Assembly (NCBI GenBank): GCA_038231275.1
Contig: JBBRLQ010000057.1
Location: 1 to 27,817 of the forward strand
Length of the DNA: 27,817 nucleotides
Source: Polyangiales bacterium
GTDB taxonomy: Bacteria; Myxococcota_A; Polyangia; Polyangiales; Polyangiaceae
Direction of reading: 5' to 3'
The notes under the pieces are model-generated. The model was not told where the DNA came from. It saw only the letters and a list, made by a program, of their open reading frames with translations, and ran no database searches. Below, one piece after another: positions 18,269-26,688 of the stretch. The translations under genes and the position numbers were made by a program. How positions within the stretch are numbered: position 1 is the first letter of the stretch; every line of letters starts with the position of its first letter.

Positions 18269-19177
18269 ATGAACCACTGCATCCGAAGCTTCGCGAGCGG
18301 GCTGGTGGCCACGAGCCTCCTCATGACGACCGCCGGTCCCGCGCTCGCGGCGCCGACCAAGGACGAGTGCGTCGAGGCGCACGGGCGCGGCCAGGACCTG
18401 CGCGAGGAGGGGCGCCTCACCCGCGCGCGTCAGGCCTTTCTCACGTGCAGCCAGCCGACGTGCCCTTCGCTCGTCCAGTCGGATTGCTCGCGCTTCGTCG
18501 AAGAGCTGGGGCGAATCCTGCCGAGCGTCACGTTCGTCGCGCGCGACACGAAGGCGACCGATCTCCCGAACACCGCGGTCTACCTCGACGAACAGCTCGT
18601 CGCGTCGCGCCTCGACGACGGCAAGAGCTACGACGTCGATCCCGGCAAGCACGCCGTGCGCTTCGTCCACGACGGCAAAGAAGTATCGATGCGCGTGGTC
18701 GTGACGCAGGGCGAGAAGGGGCGCAATGTCATCGCGACCTTCGCCGACGCAGCGGGAGGCGAGCCCGCGCAGACCGGTAGCGGCACGCGTCCCTCCTCGG
18801 CCGGTGAGCCGCCGTCTGCGCCGCCCGAGCCGAGCCGCCCGGTCTTTCCGCTCGTCCTCGCGGGCGCAGGCGCGGTCACCCTGGGCATCGGCGTCGTCTT
18901 GCTCGCGGTAGGCCTCGGCAAGGTGCCCAGCAACTGCAACAACTCCACGAAAGAGTGCGCGGCGCCGCCCTTCGACAAAGCGTTCGACGACGCGCACAGC
19001 GGCGTGGCGATGGCCAACGCCGGCGTCGTGCTGGGCATCGCGGGCGGCGCCATCGCCGCGACGGGGCTCATCTGGTACTTCGCGCAGGCCCCGCAAGCGA
19101 AGATCCGCACCGGCAAGGGCTTCAGCCCCTGGGTCGCGCCCGGCACCGGCGGCGTCAGCTTCTCCGGCGCGTTCTAG
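18269..19177 (+). CDS. Secreted Cys-containing TPR-like + PEGA-like protein with C-terminal membrane anchor
   Basis: GAGGA upstream of ATG 18269; signal peptide ending ALA-A; helical ECVEAH...C...CP...DC region; PEGA-like VYLDE...VDPGKHAVRF; two hydrophobic helices; terminal GGVSFSGAF. Confidence 0.8.
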   Translation: MNHCIRSFASGLVATSLLMTTAGPALAAPTKDECVEAHGRGQDLREEGRLTRARQAFLTCSQPTCPSLVQSDCSRFVEELGRILPSVTFVARDTKATDLPNTAVYLDEQLVASRLDDGKSYDVDPGKHAVRFVHDGKEVSMRVVVTQGEKGRNVIATFADAAGGEPAQTGSGTRPSSAGEPPSAPPEPSRPVFPLVLAGAGAVTLGIGVVLLAVGLGKVPSNCNNSTKECAAPPFDKAFDDAHSGVAMANAGVVLGIAGGAIAATGLIWYFAQAPQAKIRTGKGFSPWVAPGTGGVSFSGAF

Positions 19178-19186
19178 CCTCGGCCT

Positions 19187-19267
19187 TTCCTTCGGGAGCG
19201 TTTCGCTCCGCTGCGCTTCGCTCCACGTTCCTTCAGGAGCGTTTCGCTCCGCTGCGCTTCGCTCCAC
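19187..19267. repeat. Two tandem 40-bp REP-like units, each with a GGAGCG-TTT-CGCTCC hairpin
   Basis: 19187-19226 and 19228-19267 differ at one base; located between convergent stop codons. Confidence 0.9.
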
Positions 19268-20611
19268 TCAGCCGTCGGCGAGCAATCGCTCGATCGTGCG
19301 CGTCGTCATCGCGCCGCGCACGACCTCGTCGTCCCGAAGCAGGCGCTTGTGCAGCTCGATGTTGGTCTTGATGCCGCCGACGATGAACTCGTCCAGCGCG
19401 CGGCGCATGCGTAAGATCGCCTCGAATCGCGTCGGCGCGTGGACGATGACCTTCGCGAGGAGCGAATCGTAGTCGGGCGGCACGCGCCACCCGCCGTACA
19501 CGCCGGAGTCGACGCGCACGCCGGTGCCGCCGGGCGGACAATACTCGGTGATGAGGCCCGGCGACGGCGCGAACGTCTTCGGATCCTCGGCGTTCACGCG
19601 GCACTCGATGGCGTGGCCGCGGAAGCTCCAGGGGCGCGTGTCCGGAAGCTCCAGCTTCTCACCGGCGGCGGCGCGGATCTGGAGCGACACGAGATCGAGG
19701 CCGGTCACCATCTCGGTCACGGGGTGCTCGACCTGCACGCGCGTGTTCATCTCCAGGAAGAAGAGCTTGCCGTCCTCGTCCATGATGAACTCGAGGGTGC
19801 CGAGCGTCGTGTAGCCGGTCTCCAAGATGGCGCGGCGGATGACCTCCGCCATCTCCTGGCGGCGCTCCGGCGTCATCGCGGGGCTGGGCGCCTCCTCGAT
19901 GACCTTTTGGTGGCGGCGCTGGAGCGAGCACTCGCGCTCGCCGAGCGTCCATACGCCGCCGTGCTGGTCGGCGAGCACCTGGAACTCGATGTGGCGCGGG
20001 CGCTCGACGTATTTTTCGCAGTAGACGTCGGGGTTCTTGAAGCCCGCGTCGGCCTCGCGCGTCGCGGAGAGGAAGTTGCTCTCGACCTCGGCCTCGGTCC
20101 GCACGATGCGCATGCCGCGCCCGCCGCCGCCGCCCGATGCCTTCAGGATGACGGGGAAGCCGATGCGCGTGGCCTCCGCGCGCGCGTGAGCGGCATCCTT
20201 CAGGACGCCGCTGCCGGGGAGGAGAGGGAGGCCGTATTTTTTCGCGTTCTCGCGGGAGGTGACCTTGTCGCCCCACGCGCGCATCGCTTCGGGCGTCGGG
20301 CCGATGAAGGTGACCCCGCACTTGGCGCAGAGGCGCGCGAACTCGGCGTTCTCGGACAGGAAGCCGTAGCCGGGGTGGACCGCCTCGGCGCCGGTGATCT
20401 CCGCCGCGCTGATGATCGCGGGAATGTGGAGGTAGCTCTTGCTCGCCGCGGCGGGGCCGATGCACACGCTCTCGTCGGCGAAGCGCACGTGGAGCGCGCG
20501 CGTGTCGGCCTCCGAGTGGACGGTGACCGTCTTGATCCCCATCTCGCGGCATGCGCGGAGCACGCGCAGTGCGATCTCTCCGCGGTTGGCGATCAGGATT
20601 TTTTTGAACAT
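19268..20611 (-). CDS. accC: Acetyl-CoA carboxylase biotin carboxylase subunit
   Basis: [55 protein letters not shown]. Confidence 0.97.
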   Translation of the reverse strand: MFKKILIANRGEIALRVLRACREMGIKTVTVHSEADTRALHVRFADESVCIGPAAASKSYLHIPAIISAAEITGAEAVHPGYGFLSENAEFARLCAKCGVTFIGPTPEAMRAWGDKVTSRENAKKYGLPLLPGSGVLKDAAHARAEATRIGFPVILKASGGGGGRGMRIVRTEAEVESNFLSATREADAGFKNPDVYCEKYVERPRHIEFQVLADQHGGVWTLGERECSLQRRHQKVIEEAPSPAMTPERRQEMAEVIRRAILETGYTTLGTLEFIMDEDGKLFFLEMNTRVQVEHPVTEMVTGLDLVSLQIRAAAGEKLELPDTRPWSFRGHAIECRVNAEDPKTFAPSPGLITEYCPPGGTGVRVDSGVYGGWRVPPDYDSLLAKVIVHAPTRFEAILRMRRALDEFIVGGIKTNIELHKRLLRDDEVVRGAMTTRTIERLLADG

Positions 20612-20624
20612 CGAAGGTCCGCGC

Positions 20625-21089
20625 TCAGGCTTTTTTGATCCGGAACAGCTTCTGCCCGAACTCGACCGGCTTGCCGGTCTGCGCGAGCACCTCGACGACC
20701 GTGCCGGAGTGCTCGGCCTCGATCTCGTTCATGAGCTTCATCGCTTCGATGATGCAGAGGGTTTGGCCCTGGCGGACGACCGAGCCGACCTCGACGAAGG
20801 ACGGCGCGTCGGGGCTCGGCGAGCGGTAGAAGGTGCCGACGAAGGGGCTCGTGACGTCGACGCTGTCCGGATCGACGACCTCGACGGCAGCTGCGGCCGC
20901 GGGGCGGGGCGCGCCGGCGTTGCCTGCGTTGCCTGCGGCCTGGGCGGCGTGGGGGACGGCATGCTGCAAAACGTGCCCGCGCACGATGCGGATGCGCTCG
21001 CCCTCGTCCTCGTGCTCGAACTCGGCGATCTCCTGCTCGGCGAGGAGCGCGATGAGGGAGCGCAGCTTGTCCAAATCGATGCCGCTCAT
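20625..21089 (-). CDS. accB: Biotin carboxyl carrier protein
   Basis: [13 protein letters not shown] and EAMKLMNEI biotinylation motif; directly upstream of accC. Confidence 0.97.
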   Translation of the reverse strand: MSGIDLDKLRSLIALLAEQEIAEFEHEDEGERIRIVRGHVLQHAVPHAAQAAGNAGNAGAPRPAAAAAVEVVDPDSVDVTSPFVGTFYRSPSPDAPSFVEVGSVVRQGQTLCIIEAMKLMNEIEAEHSGTVVEVLAQTGKPVEFGQKLFRIKKA

Positions 21090-21157
21090 GTGGCGGCACG
21101 ATAGATCCCCTGGGGGGCCGCTGCAAAGCCCGTTCGAGCGCGCACGCGTCTACGCAG

Positions 21158-21610
21158 CTAGGCTTTTGGCCGCGCCGCGAGCCACCGAACGAGCCCCTCG
21201 AGCCCGAGGAGGTAGCTGTCGGCGCCGAAGCCGGCCACCTTCGCGACGCACGCGGCGGCGACCTTCGACTCGCGCCGGTACGCCTCGCGCGCCTCGGGGT
21301 TCGAGATGTGGATCTCGACGCACGGAATCTTCGTCGCGGCGAGCGCGTCGAAGATCGCGAGCGACGTGTGCGTGTAGGCCGCGGCGTTGAGGAGCAGGCC
21401 ATCGACCTTGCCCATCGCCGAGCCGATCCAGTCGCAAATCTCCCCCTCGTGGTTCGTCTGGCGCGCGTCGACGGTCGCGCCCAGCTCTTTGCCGCGCGCC
21501 TTCAGCCGCGCGTGGATCTTGGCGAGCGTCTCGGCCCCGTAGACGGCGGGCTCGCGTTTCCCCAGGAGCTGGAGGTTGGGCCCCGAGATGCAGAGGATCT
21601 TGATCGGCAT
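21158..21610 (-). CDS. aroQ: Type II 3-dehydroquinate dehydratase
   Basis: GPNLQLLGKREPAVYG, QTNHEG, AYTHTS, EIHISN; aroQ-accB-accC order. Confidence 0.95.
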   Translation of the reverse strand: MPIKILCISGPNLQLLGKREPAVYGAETLAKIHARLKARGKELGATVDARQTNHEGEICDWIGSAMGKVDGLLLNAAAYTHTSLAIFDALAATKIPCVEIHISNPEAREAYRRESKVAAACVAKVAGFGADSYLLGLEGLVRWLAARPKA

Positions 21611-21631
21611 CGACCGGGAGCCCGAAGGCCT

Positions 21632-21988
21632 TCAGAACTCGGCCATGAGCTTCGGCGCCGCGGTGCGCATCAAGTAGCGCCCCTTGCCGAAGTTGCCGCC
21701 GGGCAGCATCGTGAGCGCGAGGAAGTACGTGTCGCCGAGGAGGCGGATGATCGTCACCAGCTTGTCCGTGTTGATCGCGATCTCCTGCGTGCCGCCCGCC
21801 TCGAGCATCTCCGCGGCCTTGCGGATCGAGCCGATCACCACGCCGAACTCGACCGCGACGTTGTTGATGTCGAACGGGGCCTCCTCCTTGGCGTACGTCT
21901 CCAGGGCGATGCCGCTCGAGTCCATGATGATCCCGGCGAGCGCGCCCTCGGTCTTGTCGACGATCTCGCGAAGGGTTTCTTTGAACAT
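21632..21988 (-). CDS. mglC: Roadblock/LC7 protein, MglC-like
   Basis: EGALA, YFLAL and GNFGKGRYLMRTAAPK match my recollection of Myxococcus MglC, and the position upstream of accBC is consistent. Start set at ATG 21988 (MFKETL). Confidence 0.8.
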   Translation of the reverse strand: MFKETLREIVDKTEGALAGIIMDSSGIALETYAKEEAPFDINNVAVEFGVVIGSIRKAAEMLEAGGTQEIAINTDKLVTIIRLLGDTYFLALTMLPGGNFGKGRYLMRTAAPKLMAEF

Positions 21989-22096
21989 GAGGTTACCCGC
22001 GAGACTAAACGAGGAGGGCCTCCAATGGAACATTCAAAGGTGCGGGCGGTTCTGTCTTGATGGAAGCACCGGGCAGGGTTTAAGTTCCACGCCCCT

Positions 22097-23878
22097 ATGC
22101 GAGCGCGAGCCGGGGATCCGCCCCGCACGATGGCCCAGAAGATCCTTGCCGGAAGGTGCGCTGACCCGCTCCTCGCCGGGGATCTCGTCGAGGTCAAGGT
22201 CGACCAGATCGTCCTTGCCCGCGCTCCCGCGCGCGCGTTCGCCGAAGGACTCGGCGCCGGCCTGCGGAGGACGACCGCGGAGGTCGCCATCGCGTACGAC
22301 GGCGCGTGCGTGACCGGCCCGGGGCATCTCGGCGAGCTGGTGCCGGAGATGGGCGCAGCCGGCATCGCGATCGGCCGGCCCGGCGTCGGCTACCCCGCCC
22401 CCGTCCACCTCGAACGCTACGCCGCGCCTGCGCGCCTCTGCGTGACCGACGAACCGCGCCTCGCCGGGGTCGGCGGCGTCGGCATGCTCACGCTCGTCGT
22501 CGCGCCCGGACAGCTCGGTCAGGCGCTCGCGACGGGCAGCGTCTGGCTAAGGCCTCCGCGCAGCCTCCAGGTCCTCCTCGGCGGAAAGATGCGCCCGTTC
22601 GTCTGCGCGCGCGACGTCGCGCTGGAGCTGATTCGCCGCGGCATCGGCGAGGCGGTGCGCAAGGTCGAGGAGCAGCACCAGGCGCCCGTGGTCCTCGAGT
22701 TCGCGGGTCCCTCCGCTCGGCTCCTGTCCGTGCAAGAGCGCAGCGTCCTTTGCGGCCTCGCGCCTCAGCTCGGCGCCGCGGCGGCGATCTTCGTCGGCGA
22801 CGAGCGCACCGAGGTGTTTCTCCGCGATCAGCGCCGCTCGAAGGCTCACCGCGCGCTCGCCCCCGACAACGGCGCACCGTGCGCCGAGGTGATGAACGTC
22901 GATCTCGCCGCCGTCGATCCGCTCGTCCTCGACGAAACCGGTCAGGTCCGTGCGGTGCGCGATCTCGCCGGCAGGCCGGTCACGCAGGTCGTCCTCGGCG
23001 GCGACGGCGGCGTCACGCTGCGCGATCTGTTCGCGGCGGCCGCGCTGCTCAAATCCAAGCGCGTCCCGGCGGATCTCGATTTCTTGGTGCCGGTGCCGTC
23101 GCGGCAGACGCTGGAGGTCCTCGCCTCGAGCGGCGCGCTCGCCGATCTCATCGCCACCGGCGCGCGCATCGTCGAGCCGGACGCGCGCGTCGTCACCGGG
23201 GAACTCTACCCGCCGCGCGCGGGCGGCCTCAGCCTCCGCACCCACGAGCCGGAGCCGCGTTCGCCGTCGCCGTTCGTCGTGGCCTCGGCGGAGACGCTCG
23301 CGTGGGCGGTGGCCAGCGGAGAGGTGGGGGATCCGCGCTCGTTCAAGCGCCCCGTGCGCGTCACGGTTCCGCGCACGCTCCCGACGGACGACGTGCTCGT
23401 CGTCCGTGGCAAGCCGCAAGATGCGAGCAAGAAGGGGAGCCTCCCTCCTCCGATCGCCGCGGGCACGCCATGGAAGGGGCCTCAGACGCTCGAGATCGTC
23501 GAGGCCGCGGGCGGGCTCGTGCTGAACGGCAAGGCCGTCGCCGTCGTGTGCACGACGCTCGACGAGGTGCGTGAGCTCGCCGTCCGCGCCGCCGACCTCG
23601 CGCCCACCGTGCGAGCGGTCCTCGCGCCGTTCATCCCGAGCGGGCTCGTTGCGGTCTTCAGCGGCCTCGGTATCGCGGCGATCCAGTACGATCCGTCGAC
23701 CGCGAAGGGCATCACGAAGGGCAGCCTCGCGTTGCCCGCCCCGGCGCAGTGGGGAGAAAAATCAGCGACCTCCATCACGCACGGCGGCGTGCGGATCCCG
23801 ATGCGCTGGCTGGCGCTCGGTGCCGAGCGCGCGTGGGCCGGCGCCGGCACCGCGCGCCCGGCGATCCCCAAGCGCTGA
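22097..23878 (+). CDS. Aconitase-superfamily protein (fused catalytic + swivel domains), predicted catalytically inactive
   Basis: TMAQKIL, VKVDQ, RPGVG...VHLER, GGVGML, VCARDVALELIRR, VLEFAGP, QVVLG, VPSRQ and VRAVLA follow the order of aconitase/LeuC-LeuD motifs, but the Fe-S Cys motifs are replaced. Alternative start ATG 22130. Confidence 0.82.
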   Translation: MRARAGDPPRTMAQKILAGRCADPLLAGDLVEVKVDQIVLARAPARAFAEGLGAGLRRTTAEVAIAYDGACVTGPGHLGELVPEMGAAGIAIGRPGVGYPAPVHLERYAAPARLCVTDEPRLAGVGGVGMLTLVVAPGQLGQALATGSVWLRPPRSLQVLLGGKMRPFVCARDVALELIRRGIGEAVRKVEEQHQAPVVLEFAGPSARLLSVQERSVLCGLAPQLGAAAAIFVGDERTEVFLRDQRRSKAHRALAPDNGAPCAEVMNVDLAAVDPLVLDETGQVRAVRDLAGRPVTQVVLGGDGGVTLRDLFAAAALLKSKRVPADLDFLVPVPSRQTLEVLASSGALADLIATGARIVEPDARVVTGELYPPRAGGLSLRTHEPEPRSPSPFVVASAETLAWAVASGEVGDPRSFKRPVRVTVPRTLPTDDVLVVRGKPQDASKKGSLPPPIAAGTPWKGPQTLEIVEAAGGLVLNGKAVAVVCTTLDEVRELAVRAADLAPTVRAVLAPFIPSGLVAVFSGLGIAAIQYDPSTAKGITKGSLALPAPAQWGEKSATSITHGGVRIPMRWLALGAERAWAGAGTARPAIPKR

Positions 23879-23892
23879 CCCGATTTGCGCGC

Positions 23893-24186
23893 TTAGACGT
23901 ACGGGTTCTTGTCCGCGCCGCGAACGCGCGCGCCGGCGTCCGCGATCACGACGTCGTCGCCGTGCACCGTGACCGCGAGCGCACGCGTCTCGCGGACGGC
24001 CTCGTGCGTTCCAAGCATCACGATCGTCCCGCGTCCGTCGACGTCGCGGAGATCGAGGCCGACGAGAAATCCGTTCGCGTCGAAGAGGCCAAGGCCGCCC
24101 GAGCCGGTCGCTCCAGGCGCCCTCACGCGCGCGCTGTCGGTGGACGCGTCGTACGAAAACCCTTCGGCAACCATTTCGCGGAGCAT
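23893..24186 (-). CDS. Small hypothetical protein, DUF2283-like
   Basis: SYDASTDSARVR and FDANGFLVGLDL resemble the YD..aDa.yi / D..G.lvGiei pattern. Fills the gap between two plus-strand genes. Confidence 0.5.
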   Translation of the reverse strand: MLREMVAEGFSYDASTDSARVRAPGATGSGGLGLFDANGFLVGLDLRDVDGRGTIVMLGTHEAVRETRALAVTVHGDDVVIADAGARVRGADKNPYV

Positions 24187-24257
24187 GTCGCCAAAGGTAA
24201 GGCGTGTTTTCGAACTTGGAGTGACGCAAGGCAGAAAAATCGTGGCATTCTACCGTC

Positions 24258-25661
24258 GTGTCGACAAAGGGACGACTGACCCGGCAAGAGCTGGGCTGGC
24301 TGCTGACGCAAGAGGCCGCCAACGCCGCCGATCGATTGCGCTCCGGCGTGCAGGTGCTCCGGACCAACGCGCCGCCGCCCTCCGACGAGGTGCCGGTCCT
24401 CCCCGACATCCCTGTCGAGGCGTCCCTCGACGCACTCGACGACGTGATGAAGATGCTCACGTCGCTGCACGCGAAGCCCTCGAGCGGTCGCGGGCGACGC
24501 GGCCGAATCGACCTCGCGTCGCTGCTCTGGGAGGTCGCCCCCGACGCGCGCGTCGCCATGGAGCCGGGCAGCGGCACCGAGGTGAACGGCGACGAAGGGG
24601 AGCTGCGGCGAATGCTCCACGTGGTGCTCGGTCACGGGACCGGCGCCGGCTCGCACGTCGCGATCAAGCGTGAAGGGGAGGAGGTGCGGGTCTCCGTCAC
24701 CCTCGGCCCCGACAGCTCCGCGATGGCCGACACCGAGCGCGCGTGGCTGCACCGCATGGCCATCCGCTACGGCGGCCGGCACGAGCTCGAAGGCGGCACG
24801 GAGTCGCTCGTCTTCCCAGCCGACGGCGCGTACGAAAAGAAGGAGCGTGAGGCGCTCCAGAAAGAGCTCGACGAGGCGCGCAAGCAGGGTGAGGCCTACG
24901 CGCGCGAGCTCGCGCAGGCGTTCGCCGCCGGCGAGGACACGGCGTCGACCTCGACGTTTCCGCCATCGCCAGGACGCGATCGTTTCCCGATCGTGGCGCA
25001 GCTCGCCGGCGCGATGGCGTCCGAGATGCGGACGCTCCTCTTCCCGATCGTGCGCGATCTGAAGGGCTCGCGCCCCACCGACGAGACGCTGGACGGCGTG
25101 CGTCGCCGCCTGACGCAGGTGCAGGACTTCCTCATCGGCCTCGCGGGCATCGGCGAGCTCGATCCGAACGAGCTGCCGATCGAGGTCGATTTCTGCGACG
25201 TGTCTCGCCACGCGACGCGCGCGCTCGTCCCGCGCGCCGAGCGCGGCGGCATCACCCTCAAGCTCGTCACGCTCCCCGACGCCCCGGACCTCCGCGCCTA
25301 CGGACGCTGCGCGCCGCGCGCCGCGATCGCCCTCATCCGCGAGCTGGTCGCGCAAGCCCTGTCGGCCACGCCCCAAGGAGGCGCCGTCACGGTCACCGTC
25401 ACCGCCGCCGGTCACGGCGCGGGAGAGAACCTCGGCACCCGCGTGACCGTCGACGACGGCGGCGCGCCGCTCCCCGCCACCTCGCGCCGTGCCTTTCTCG
25501 CGCTCGAGCTCGACCCCGGCACCTACGGACGCCCTAGCAGCCTTCCCCTCTATATTTGCAGTGAGATCGCGTCGGCGCAGGGGGCCCTCTTGGAGCTCGC
25601 GGATGGCCCGACCGGTGGCCTCCGAATCACCGTGACGTTCCCCCGGGGCAGCGGCTCTTGA
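24258..25661 (+). CDS. Histidine-kinase-like protein with two degenerate DHp/HATPase modules
   Basis: IDLASLLWEV, GDEGELRRML, YGGRHEL in module 1; VDFCDV, TPQGGAVTVTV, VTVDDGG, GGLRITVTFP in module 2. H, N and G2 boxes are not intact. No TM segment. Confidence 0.75.
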   Translation: MSTKGRLTRQELGWLLTQEAANAADRLRSGVQVLRTNAPPPSDEVPVLPDIPVEASLDALDDVMKMLTSLHAKPSSGRGRRGRIDLASLLWEVAPDARVAMEPGSGTEVNGDEGELRRMLHVVLGHGTGAGSHVAIKREGEEVRVSVTLGPDSSAMADTERAWLHRMAIRYGGRHELEGGTESLVFPADGAYEKKEREALQKELDEARKQGEAYARELAQAFAAGEDTASTSTFPPSPGRDRFPIVAQLAGAMASEMRTLLFPIVRDLKGSRPTDETLDGVRRRLTQVQDFLIGLAGIGELDPNELPIEVDFCDVSRHATRALVPRAERGGITLKLVTLPDAPDLRAYGRCAPRAAIALIRELVAQALSATPQGGAVTVTVTAAGHGAGENLGTRVTVDDGGAPLPATSRRAFLALELDPGTYGRPSSLPLYICSEIASAQGALLELADGPTGGLRITVTFPRGSGS

Positions 25662-25733
25662 AGGGGACCCGTTGAGATTCCGCTCAAAAGACCTTCGCTC
25701 TGCGTAGAGTCTCGCGGTACCCTCATCCCACGC

Positions 25734-26120
25734 ATGAGGATTCTCATCGTCGAGGACTCTGACTCCATCCGAAAGATGATCGAGGCGCTGGTCAGCGCGC
25801 GGGGTCACATCGTCAAGGCCGTGTCGAACGGCGCGAAGGGCTTGGAAGAGGCGTTCGACTCCACGCCGGACGTGATCCTCCTCGACCTGAACCTGCCCGG
25901 CTCGTACGACGGCTTTCAGGTCTGCGAGCAGATCCGCGCGAACGCGGTCACGCGCTCCGTCCCGATCCTCATCATCAGCGCGACGAGCGACGACGACGCC
26001 AAGCAGCGCGCCCTCGCCGCCGGCGCCACCGCCTACTACACGAAACCGTTCAGCCCGATGGCGCTGCTCAAAGAGATCGAGTCGATCCGCGTGAAGCAGC
26101 GATCGACGCCCGACGCGTAG
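25734..26120 (+). CDS. Single-domain response regulator (CheY-like receiver)
   Basis: ILIVEDS, phosphoacceptor LLDLNLP, ISA, TKPF. Confidence 0.93.
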   Translation: MRILIVEDSDSIRKMIEALVSARGHIVKAVSNGAKGLEEAFDSTPDVILLDLNLPGSYDGFQVCEQIRANAVTRSVPILIISATSDDDAKQRALAAGATAYYTKPFSPMALLKEIESIRVKQRSTPDA

Positions 26121-26124
26121 CCGT

Positions 26125-26511
26125 TCAGAGCAGCTTCAAAAGCCGCTTTGCTCTCTCGGCGGCCGAGAAGATCATCTCCTTCGCCTCTTGGGCGGGGATC
26201 TTCAGCTTGCCGGCGAGGTCGGTGAGGAACTTCTGTTCGTCGTCGGAGAAATCGTTGTCGACGAAGCAGAGGAGGACGGCGTGCTGGAGGAGCACGCGGC
26301 GATCGTCGGCCGAGAGATCCTGGAGGTTGATGTCCTCGAGGGTCTTCTTCTCGGCGGCGTACTCGTGGATCGATTTGCGCTCGTCCGGGGTCGCGCTGTA
26401 GGCGTCGAGGAGGGCCTCGATCGTCTCCTTCTCTTTGTCCGCGAAGACGCCGTCCGCCCACGCCACGGGGACGAGAGCTCGGACGATGGCCATGTCCTGG
26501 TCATGCATCAT
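26125..26511 (-). CDS. TerB-like (tellurite-resistance/DUF533-type) protein
   Basis: AWADGVFADKEKE and VDNDFSDDEQKFLTDLAGKLKI, the duplicated acidic motif of the TerB fold; GGAGA ribosome-binding site upstream. Confidence 0.75.
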   Translation of the reverse strand: MMHDQDMAIVRALVPVAWADGVFADKEKETIEALLDAYSATPDERKSIHEYAAEKKTLEDINLQDLSADDRRVLLQHAVLLCFVDNDFSDDEQKFLTDLAGKLKIPAQEAKEMIFSAAERAKRLLKLL

Positions 26512-26688
26512 GGTGTCTCCTGTACGGGTCGAGGATCGGACAGTCGTGCCACAAGGTCAACACCGGGATCGCACACCGGCGCTCGGCGTCCCACGTTGCA
26601 TGCTTCGTAAGAACTTCGCCCCACATCAAAGACTACGCGGTCGGGAGGCTCGCTCTCCCCTCGGCGAAAAATTCTGATGCGATAACGG

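Noticed and set aside
22097..23878. Functional leuC/acn, or a pseudogene
   Set aside because: Catalytic and Fe-S motifs are absent, so it is not a canonical enzyme; the frame is intact and full length, so there is no sign of pseudogenisation.
26600..26680. Structured ncRNA or riboswitch upstream of the TerB-like gene (GGGAG/CTCCC and TTCGCC/GGCGAA pairings)
   Set aside because: Short stems are expected by chance at this GC content and match no family I recognise; a covariance-model search would be needed.
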